DNA from: Salisapilia sapeloensis CBS 127946
Taxonomy: Eukaryota > Protista > Oomycota
Length of the DNA: 64,000 nt
Reading direction: 5' to 3'
NCBI GenBank assembly: GCA_023334545.1
Contig: JAADVB010000033.1
Coordinates: 42,167 to 106,166 of the forward strand
The position numbers and the translations under genes are program-made. Positions 10,404 through 20,500 of this stretch are shown here, piece by piece. The notes under the pieces were generated by a model. That model saw nothing but the letters and a program-made list of their open reading frames with translations. It made no database searches and was not told the DNA's origin. How positions within the stretch are numbered: position 1 is the stretch's first letter; every line of letters begins with the position of its first letter.

Positions 10404-11298
10404 ATGTTGACCATGAGTACTAAATTACATTATATAAATTAGTTTTTAAGATTTGAAGTTACTTCAATAATCGCCGTGGTACTTGAAGTAGAAAATGTAT
10501 GACGGAATTTGACTAGGCTGGACGAATCAATCAGCTAGCTGTTGAGATAAGACTGGTAGGTAAAGAACGATGAGGATGTCTGGGCAATTTAAACTGATTT
10601 AATGCATTATCTAGTAGTCATGCAGTGTATGCGAGCAATGGCAAGAGTCTGGCATGTTTGTGATAGAAATTTCAGTTTAGTGGTGAAAGCGAATCGAGTT
10701 TTCCATTCAATGATAACGATTTTTAGTCTATAGGGAGATGCTACATCTCCTTTCATGTACCCAAGGTGTCTTTACTATCGGAGCAGGTATCCTACTAAAA
10801 TTGGTGTCGGATCAGACTATCGCGACACGTTATTGAAGCTGAGCAACATAGTTTGAAGTAGCTCTACAGTACACATATCTTAAGGCGATACTATCCAGTG
10901 TAAACATGGCCATTGAACTTTGGGTTTTTGGTCTTCTCTTACAATAAAGTTGTCTCTAGCAAAAACTTAAGGGCGTGTTCGTGTTAGTTGGTATTCGATT
11001 TTAACTGGGCATTAGTTTGTTTTCAAAACCACATCGTGTTCGCGTTGGGTAAAGTTTAATTGTATAAAAAATTTACTAAGTGTTGTTATTTTCTGAGATG
11101 CGTTTATCTTACTTCGTATGCCAGAAACTGGTCGCGATCAGTTTGTTGTAGAAAGTGGTTTTCAACCGGTTTAAATTAAATGTTACCACGAATCGGGCCA
11201 GTTTCAGCTCAAACAAACTCGGCCTTAGTTGTCTATTAGCAACAACTGCATGCACAAATATATGTTTCTATATTTTAAATTATGTAGAAGAAATGTAT

Positions 11299-11371
11299 TC
11301 TCCTATAGCTCAGTTGGTAGAGCGTATGACTGTTAATCATAAGGTCGCTGGTTCAAGCCCAGCTGGGAGAG
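11299..11371 (+). tRNA. tRNA-Asn(GUU)
   Basis: TCTCCTA-TA-GCTCAGTTGGTAGAGC-G-TATGA CT GTT AA TCATA-AGGTC-GCTGG TTCAAGC CCAGC-TGGGAGA-G; T5 run at 11376-11380. Confidence 0.95.
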
Positions 11372-12189
11372 TTACTTTTTCATCTTTTATACTTTGCAAT
11401 TGAATTAGAAATTACTTTTATTTACAGTTGCAGGTGGATTGCACTCTTCTTTTTTACGCTGGCACATTCTGGCTTGTTCTGCCTCTTTGTATCTGTCCAA
11501 GAAATTATTTCAGATTAATATGAGTGAAATGATAAAGATGAAGATATACCGATCAACATTTAGTACGTCATCAGGGACAATTGGACCTTGGTCTATAATC
11601 GCTACAATAAAGTTTGTTATGCAAGTGAATTTATGCTTCAGGCCGCACTACTCGGATGTATTGAAGCCGTCTTTGGGCATTTTATCTGGCGGTAAAGTGC
11701 CCATAAAGAAGCAAAGTCTATAGGGTTCTGCCCATCGAGCATACCACGATCAATACTAATACTCTGGCTATCCCACTATCTTATAGCATATCTTAGGGGC
11801 AGACGGTACTCTACAAACGTGAAAGCTTAAATGCTCATGTATCCATAAGTAGATTTAACCGCGTTTCTTCGATTTAGCATAAAAAACGGAGTGTTTCCTA
11901 ATTTCTAGCCTACAGTGGACGTCAGGGAAAAAAGTCACACCTACTTACTACTGATATATTCTCTGTAGTCTCCTCAGTCATCTAAAATCAGTGACAAAGA
12001 TCACCGGTAGCCTCGCGCTTTTTAAATGAATCAATGGCTTATTTTACATCTATTCACTTAGCAGGTTTTGCTTGAGATTGAAAAACCTACCTTCAGCCCG
12101 CGCAAGCAAGAGTTGTATCATAGACCCGAGTGCCTAGTTTCTCGCTAATTATTACTGCATCCAACCGATGCAAAAAGTAACAAAGAATT

Positions 12190-12260
12190 TGCGCCGTCCG
12201 GGAATCGAACCCGGGGCATCTCGATGGCAACGAGATATTTTACCACTAAACCAACGGCGC
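12190..12260 (-). tRNA. tRNA-Gly(GCC)
   Basis: GCGCCGT-TG-GTTTAGTGGTAAAAT-A-TCTCG TT GCC AT CGAGA-TGCC-CCGGG TTCGATT CCCGG-ACGGCGC-A; T5 run 14 nt downstream. Confidence 0.95.
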
Positions 12261-12348
12261 TTGTTGAAACCCTGATGTACAAATAAATATAGAAAGTAAT
12301 TATAGAAAACACATATAAAGCTGTTTGGACATCAATTTTGTCAACGAA

Positions 12349-13058
12349 ATGGTCAACTCGAACGGCGGTCAGTGGGGCTCTACGAATGAACCACCACCAC
12401 TAATGTATCACGTCGCCAGGTTTCTGGAGGAATCCAGAGAAGATTGTCTGAAGAAATCAGTCGTTGCATCCGTCGTCGGAGCCGGTATGGGTGTCGGCCT
12501 CGGCACTTTTCTTGGCACGTTCGAGGGTGCGCATGGAGAGTTGGTAGGAAAGAATATGCGAGAGCAGGTAGGCTATCTTTGTTGCAATCATATAGTTTAC
12601 ATGAATGATCTGATGACATATAAACGAATCTACAGCTATACAATGGCTTTAGAACCTCCATCATTGCAAGCTTTAAGCGTAGTGTCTACTTTTCCAAGGT
12701 ACGAGCTAGTCTACACGAAGTGTGCGAAATTTTCTTAATTTGACTTAATATGCAGGACTTTGCTGTTGTGGGTTTCATCTTCGCAGGACTTGAATGTGTC
12801 ATTGAGCGTGAGCGTGCATCCCACGACATTTACAATACGATCATTGCTGGCGGTACTGCTGGAGGAGCTATGGGCATCTGGGGCGCTCGCAAAGCTGGAC
12901 GACAGAGTACACTTCCTCACACTTCTTTGAACCTGTACTTACCATCACCAACTCACTCCATTTGTGTCGTAGTGATGCTTCGTCAGTCCGCCAAGGGTGC
13001 GTTAGGATTTGCGGCCATTGGAGTAATTTTCGAGAAGGCGCTAGAGCACTATGCTTAA
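12349..13058 (+). CDS. TIM22: Mitochondrial inner-membrane translocase Tim17/22/23 family, Tim22-like; 4 exons
   Basis: Gly-rich TM segments ([52 protein letters not shown]); three GT-AG introns. Confidence 0.8.
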
Positions 13059-13148
13059 TAGATTTCAACATAGACTTTGTCAATTGTTTGAGCTGTATTA
13101 GCAATGCACTTCGTTCAAGTTGCCATGCAAATAGACTGTTCGCATGCA

Positions 13149-14914
13149 CTAAGCAATTTCAAATAAAAGTTCATGATTGTATGTTTCGTCAGTCGAAGAC
13201 TCGCCTGCTTGATCTGAGTCTTCTCCATTTTGACGAGTGCATCGAAGCAAAATTACATTTCGTGGCGGAGAAGGAGGAGATACGTCATAAGCAGACACAG
13301 CATTCTTCACGTTGCCTTCTCCTTTTGTCGGTGACTTGGTCCCTGTGCTCTTCAATTTACCCTTATCACCACTAATTGGATGAATAGGCATTTGCATGTC
13401 AGTATGCACGCCAGCTGGAGTGCACTTGACGGCGATGGCATTCATTCCTCCCTATCATTGATCCAATTGTAGCGTTATGATCCATTTTAGTATACAGGAT
13501 ATAGGGACATTCGTACGGCTGAGATGAGGAAAGATACATTTGATGGTTGGCTTTCAAGATCATTCGCTTGGGTATCGTCGTTTCCGGTCGGCTTTATGAT
13601 ACCTTTCGTAACGACAGTAATTTTGCCGGATTTGTCCACAAACTCGACGATCATCGGATCTGTTGTCAGATTTTGGACAAACATGTTGGCTGTCATGCTC
13701 GGGTCAATTGCCTGGATTATAAATTTGTTTACTACGTGTGTATATGCAGTGTAGCAAGTGTGAACGAAAGACAAACCGTTGGAGATGGCTTGAATGTAAG
13801 GCAACTAGGAGTTATAGCAATAGGAGATGGCGTAGTTTCTTCTCCGATGCCTTTACCGTTTGCGTCAGCAGTGCCTTCGTCTAACTCTATATTTGCCTCT
13901 TCTTCATCATTCTCCTCAACGTATTCACCACTGTCCAAAATGTTCATGCGATTGCTTCGTTTGCGAGTTGGAGACATTGCAGTCATGTCTTCTGTGCTTA
14001 GTGGATACTTGCGATCAAATGCTGATGGCAAGGATCCATGACTCCTTTTATAAGCTGACAAGTCTAGTGATTCTTTCGCAAAACCATCAATGTGCTGTAC
14101 AACTTGCGTCCAAGCAGCACCTTCTATTGGTATATTGAGGATCTGTTTCCATGAAACATGATAAGCTGTAGACTTTAGTTCCTTCAAATAAGCTACTTAC
14201 CCTCCAGTCCACTCTCTCTGTCGAATGGATATCGTGGCTAAGTGGAAACCCAACGTAGAGTTTGCTCAATGAGTGACAGACACGCTGGTATTCGCGCTGG
14301 TAGTCCTGTACAAGCTCGCTTAAAGAGCTGTATTTAAGCTCTTTGTACATGAGCGTATCAACTCTACTAAGACCGAGAGCACCCCACACATTCTGCTTGT
14401 GGCGAACAGCCAAGACGATATGTCGATGTTCCGTCCCTCCAGCAACGGATTTAAAGCTAAGAGGAAAGCGTTCAAGGTCCTCAAAACTCGCGGTCAAATA
14501 CGCTCCTAGAAACAAAGCTTCAAGACATTGTATCGGCAACCCATCGTTCATAATCTCCTTCGCAGTGTCGACAATGCTCTTGAAACTACGATTTTTACCT
14601 ACATCAAAATACAAAGTACCAGTGTAGTTGTACCTACCAGTATAAGTTGCATAAGTGTCAAGTAAGATAAACAAGCGATAGAAGATTACTCTAATGAGCT
14701 AATAACATTCTGGATCTGATTCAATCTGGTCTTCATCGATACTTTAGAAGTGAACGAAGGCATCTTGGGTTTCGGAGGCTACAATTATCAACAGACGTAA
14801 CGCAACACAGAGCAAAAATGTATGGAAACTTGGGCACTCTACCTCAGACAAACTAGTCATGGCGCGTACTTGTTCCCAAGCATCCTCAATCTCTTGACGC
14901 GTAACACTAGCCAT
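13149..14914 (-). CDS. VASH: Vasohibin-family tubulinyl-Tyr carboxypeptidase with C-terminal extension; multi-exon
   Basis: YNYTG..F...K, LPIQCLEALFLG, ERFPLSFKS, HRHIVLAV, WGALGLSR and LMYKELKYSSLSELVQDY are vasohibin motifs. The start and C-terminal exons were reconstructed by hand. Confidence 0.85.
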
Positions 14915-15036
14915 TTCAATTGCTCAATGCAAGCGTCCGAAATCAAGAATAGAAAACACGAATGGACAAATCATGAAAACTTTCTTTGCACAAGTTATAT
15001 ATAACCTCTGCACGTGGGAAACGCCCATCAACGCCA

Positions 15037-17294
15037 TCAGCCTGTCATGGTAAAGTTGATCGCGCCCTGCCTCTTGAGACGTGCAAGCACCGGGTTCTCT
15101 TCCTGGTCCTCCATCGGCTGCTGCGTCAGTTGAGCACGTAGTCCCAGTCGTCTCTCATATGTGCTTCTCGATGCATCCTCCTCCTCTTCCTCCTGATGAC
15201 TTACAAACGAGTTGGACGTACGAGATCGAGGACGAGAGGAACTTGACACTGGTTGCTCGTCCTCACTCTCGGTCCAGTCGCTTTTGAAGGAAGAACAGTT
15301 CTGTGATCGAGTGCGATTACGACTCGACCAGTCGGCGCTACTCGCAGACGCCTGTCGGTCGAGAGAGAACGTCCGGTCTTGAAGTGCCGGATCGTCACCA
15401 TGGTACTCAATCCCAGTGCTTCTTTGCTCCTCTGCTTTCGCTGTCTGTTCCTCAACGATCGGTTCTCCAAACAAGTTAAAGGACGAGCGATGTCGTAACT
15501 TGCGTCGTGGATCTTGCAATCCACCCATCGATGCTCGACGTCCTGCCTCTGTATCCTTCTCCACACCGTTCGTGTCCTCGAACATGGAGCTACGCATAGT
15601 GTTTTGTGGTATATCTGGAGCAGAGATATGATCGGATTGAGGACGTAGACGAGTGTTATCTTGCGGTACATTCGTCTGTCGTTGCTTTGGGAGGACACTT
15701 TCTGAAAACTGTTTCGAACGACGGCGTTGACGACGTTTGACTCGACGTACGATGACGCTTCGAGCTTCCAATAGTTCCTCTCGTTTGTTCTCGATCGGGA
15801 GTAGTCTAGCCATGGACGGGATCAAGTAGCAGCATTCGATCGCGCCTACACACCCTTGTAAGAAGGCACAGTACTCTGTCGCGTTGATTTTTCCACGACC
15901 AAAGTCTTTCGTCAAGTCTTGGAATTCACGCACACGATCCTCGTCATCGGAGACGAGTTCACGTACTTTGGAGACGATCATCTTATGCAGTTTCTTTGCA
16001 TCTTTCGAGTTTTCTATTGGATCGATATGTACGTCTTCCTCCAACTCCATGGCTTGGGAGATCGTCGTTCGACGGTCGGACGGTGCTATTGGGAACACTT
16101 CATCCGATTGGGAACTTCCGGAACGATCTTGCGGATCGATGGAATGGTCTGATGGTGGTGTATCGATCAACTCAGTCTCATTACTCTTCGGATCACTCGA
16201 CACGATCGGATCAATGTCCTCGTCTGTCGATACATCCGTCACATCTTTATTTTCTCCAGATATGGTAAAGAAAAAGTCAAAATCTAGTAGATGTCGGACT
16301 TTGGAGACGAGCGACGTGTCGGATGACAAGTCTGGGATGGCAAAGATGTGTTCCATGTACTTGGCCACTTCTCGTTCGACTTCATCTCGTTTCACTTTTT
16401 TCCGGAAAAGTCCTTTGCGGTCTTTCGGAAATGGAATACGTTTCATCGTTGCAGCTGGAAGGAGAGACCGGATCGATCTGTGTAATGGATGAATAGACGT
16501 TGGTTATAGACAAAGAGCTAGATGTACGTACTCATCAAACGCTTGTAATTGCGCTATTGTCTTCCACACTTTCCAACGAATACTAGGCTTATCTAGAGCT
16601 CGATTCGGAAGAACCAAGTGACAGGATACTTCCAATTCCTACAGAAAGAATTAGCTACGTCGTGGTCATGTTTGCTGGTGGTACAATGGCGGTACAATTT
16701 CTTCCGTGGCTTCCTCCTCAAGGCTCGAGGTCACCATGGCCGTGAATTTCGAATTGGCCATCTCCTCCGATGGAATGGATGTGCGTTCAAAGTCTGTAAT
16801 GGCAGCATAGATAGCGTAGAACCAGGCATCCAGTGTACTCTGGTCTCGGTCTTGCAATTTAAATTTCTACTTAAACATTCAGCACGCGTTTCGTTCATCT
16901 CTCCCTGTAGTACATCAACAGTATACAAGTCATACCTTTTCTCGGCCTGTATGCCCTGCTTCATGAATGATAAAACCATCCGGAACTTGTTCCAATCGAG
17001 CTGACCTCAAGTCCGCTCGTCCGACCACTTGCTCCATCTCCTGGTCTTCCTACAATTCCCCACTAAACTCCGCTGCAATTCACTACATCAAGACTCGTAT
17101 ATCACCTGCGCCGAATACAATAATTCTTGTTGCTGTGGATGTAATCTCGCATGCACTTTTCTCGCTACAGACAGCTTATCCTTTCGAGAAGACGACCTAG
17201 TCATGGCATCTCCACCTGCCGGAGGCCTCGACAAGAGCATCAGTCCTTCCATTTGCTTCACCTTGCGTCCCTTACGCTTATTCGCTTCCCCCAT
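15037..17294 (-). CDS. PH- plus PX-like domain protein with a Ser/Arg-rich disordered tail; multi-exon
   Basis: PH-like C-terminal helix (FKLQDRDQSTLDAWFYAIYAAI). PX-like segment (IRWKVWKTIAQLQAFDE...PFPKDR...VEREVAKYMEHIFAIPDL). Small helical domain FQDLTKDFGRGKINATEYC. Confidence 0.6.
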
Positions 17295-17576
17295 CCGTCC
17301 TGACACTTGAATTACTTCTAATTCCTGCCTATCTCGTCGTTTCTATCGATTGACGTCGAGAGTACTATAGCAGAGATGTTATACGAGACGCTAGCAATCC
17401 CACGACATCTCGAGCGAACTTTAGGCATTTGGCATTCGGTGCGTACGCTCCTTAGACCGATCGTTCCGACGTCGAGTGTACGTACGACGAAGAGACAGGT
17501 CTAACAGATAGACAGATATCTACGTACTTCGTTTCATCTAGTAGCAAGACATTTTACAAGCTCGGGCAGCAAACGG

Positions 17577-20500
17577 ATGAGTGATTCGGATTCGAGGACG
17601 CTACCGATGCTATCATCACCCAAGACTTCTCAGGAGATGGAGGAGAGCTCGGCGTCGCATATGGAACAGCCAGAGTCACCGGCGTTGATTGAGCATGCTT
17701 CTCAGCTCCAGGAGCAGGAGGAACAGGGACCTGTGAGCCTGCAGCGCACGACTTCGGAAGCGTATAGCGATGACTCGAACGTCCCTCCTTTATCCACGAC
17801 TGCTTCCATCGTATCCATTTCGCCTTCTGCCGGCGTGGAAATCGATGGACTCGGGGTTAAAGGGTACTTGAGTATGCGTGACGAAGGTGTGACGTATCAT
17901 CGGATGAAGCGATCGTACTGCCGTTGCGTCGGTGTTAATTTCTTCCGTTTCTCTTCTTCTAGCAATGCCAATAACCTCATCGATGCGTCTTTCGGCTCTG
18001 AAATCACAAAAGTCGAAGAGTGGGACGGACGAGGATTGCTCCATACGTATCGAAATTCATTCAAACTTTCTTTTCGGCATGGATTAGCTTTTAATGTCGA
18101 CGCTGAGAGCGAAGATGATAAGCACAAGTGGATCGAGTACATCCGTAGTGCTTTACAAGGATCCACAAGTGCTTCGGCGATTTGGGAGAACCCGAATAAA
18201 CGAGAGAGAAGTAATAGCGCATCGAATGTCGACGCATATCCCTTGTCTGCAGGTGGACTTGAATTCATGGGCGGGCGAAAGAAGTCTAGACCAAAGTTCC
18301 AGGATAAACCAGTGTGCGTCCATCCTGGATGCAACGCTCGGTTCGACTCGACAGGTCGAAGGCAGCACCACTGCCGAAACTGCGGTGGCACTTGCTGCTC
18401 CAGTCACAGCAGTCGATTCGCCGTACTGCGTCACTTCTTTTTCAACGAACCCGTTCGTCTTTGTGTTTCGTGTTCTCGCGTCCAGCGATTCGCGCTCTGG
18501 TTTTCCATGCTCGTCCAACGACTAGCAATCATCCAACGCACAAGAGGCGTTCTACGACCTCCTATGGAGGTAGGAGAAGAAGATGAGTTGGAAAAGCTCG
18601 AAGAACTACTTCATGAAGCTTCCTTTGGTGTCACAGACATGATACAATTGCTACACATGCATCGCTTTGGCTACGACAGTACCTATGCACGTCTCGTCCA
18701 CAAGCTCATGTCGTCCGCAGAGGACAATATGGCTGACTTTGAGTTCTTCCTACCGCAGCTCTTCCACCTATGGCTCACCATGGACTGGATTAGCAACAAC
18801 GTCAAGGCTGCGCTGCTCTTCCGTGCCGTCTGCTTCGCCGCTAGCCTTCACATTCGTCTAGCAAGTAACATCTACTGGCTCGCACGTGCTGCGGTGGACG
18901 ACAGTTGCGGATGGGGCTTTGGTCAGTCTGAGCTCTACGTCCCTTCATACCTGTACAATAAGTTTTCTATGTGCAAACTCCTGATGTTGAATCTCGAGAT
19001 GCAGTTAGCAGGCGATACGTGGAGTTTCAAGCAAGATCAGGATCTACCTGCTCCATCACATCATCATCAGATGCTATCCGATCTTTTCGATCGATTGCAG
19101 ACGCTGTTAAAAGAGATGAAACAAACTAGTAAAAGCTTTCCGTTCGGTCCGATCTGTGAAGCAGTGACGATCTCTTGTATCCCGGCAGAGTTCCTTGATC
19201 TATCCGCAGGTACTGAGCAACGACTGCAGCCTACGCAGGACAATCGTCGTGTCTTTTACTCGCACATTGGCTTTGTCCAACAGTTGTGTGAAATGACGGA
19301 ACGACTGCGCTTTATCGAAGTGACAGGGAGGAAGGCAGCGTTAAAGCAAGAGCTGCTGCAGATGAGTCCACCAGTAGATGCTTTTAATCCTCTCGGTTCA
19401 TGTCTTGATCCGATGGAAAGCTTCTTATCGATTGCCAAGTCGGAAGGAACGGTCTTTACTACTCGTGCAAGAGCACCGACGTTGCTCATGTTCGAAGTCC
19501 ATGCACAGGACGCATTGTCGAATGAAAGCAAGTGGCTACAGGTCGTGTCTCCTCCTGAAGAAGCAGTCGAAACGTTGCCTGAGGACGCAGAGTATGGTGC
19601 AACGACTGTGCTGGATGATACACGCTCTTCGTCTTCTTCAAATGACGTCATGGCGTCTTCCACAGCCATCGAGATGGCGGCCAAAAGTGACATTGCGCAA
19701 GCCTTGTCCATGAGCAACCTAACAGACGCTGGTGGCGACCAGAGTCATGCTATGGACACATCGGGAGACTGGGGAGGAGACGATGAAGATAAGGATCCTG
19801 CTAGCACAACCAACGACAACGATCGTGACGGTCCTGCCCCCGTAAGTGTCACGATCGTATCTCCGACTCGAGGCAACAAGTCTCGACGTCGAGATCGGTC
19901 AGGATCGCTCATGAACTCGGCGACAGACTCGCTCGAGTCCATGTTAGCTGGATGGAAGGCTGCGTCCTATAAGAATCGACGCAAACGATCGGCAAGTGAA
20001 GGCTCTGAAGCTCCGAATGATGCAGACAACCTAGCTGCTGGCGTCAAGTTTAATGAAGTAGAAAAGTTCCGACAAGATCAGTTCGTGTCGATGGCACAGA
20101 ATCTTGAACGGAGCTTGATGGAAAGCAATCCGGAGAGTCGAGGCGTTTTCTCTGGGAAAGAAGCCGTCTCGTGGATGCGACGAAATGAACTTGTGTTGGA
20201 TCGAGAGCATGCAGTGTGGCTCGGTGGTGAGCTGCTTGCGAGTGGTGCGTTGGAAATCGTTACTGCTAATCATGAAGGCTTTGAGCCCAGTAGCGACGTC
20301 ATGTATCGCGTCGCGACGGAGTTCTCTCGACTCGAGTGTCAAGAGAATGCTCATGGACAGATGTCCAAGTCGTTTAAGAACTCTCGTCCGTTCTCGATGG
20401 ACATGGAGCATCGACAGACGTCTCTGTCTGCTACCTTTTCATCGAACAGACTTTTGAGTCCACATGTACAGCATGAAAAGACAGGAATGGATAAGAGTCA

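Noticed and set aside
10675-10720. GTTTAGTGGTGAAA, resembling a tRNA-Gly D-arm/A box
   Set aside because: No anticodon arm, T-arm/B box or acceptor stem follows.
11000-11450. Larger mitochondrial insertion (NUMT) around tRNA-Asn
   Set aside because: No neighbouring organellar gene fragments were recognised, and the tRNA has Pol III-style flanks like the other two. Organellar ancestry of the tRNA itself remains open.
11155-11723. ORFs 11155..11403 and 11439..11723 in the tRNA island
   Set aside because: AT-rich, one overlaps tRNA-Asn, and neither has protein-like composition or motifs.
12060-12189. Possible plant-style dicistronic tRNA-Gly-snoRNA
   Set aside because: A T5 terminator lies 14 nt after the tRNA, and there is no canonical box C downstream.
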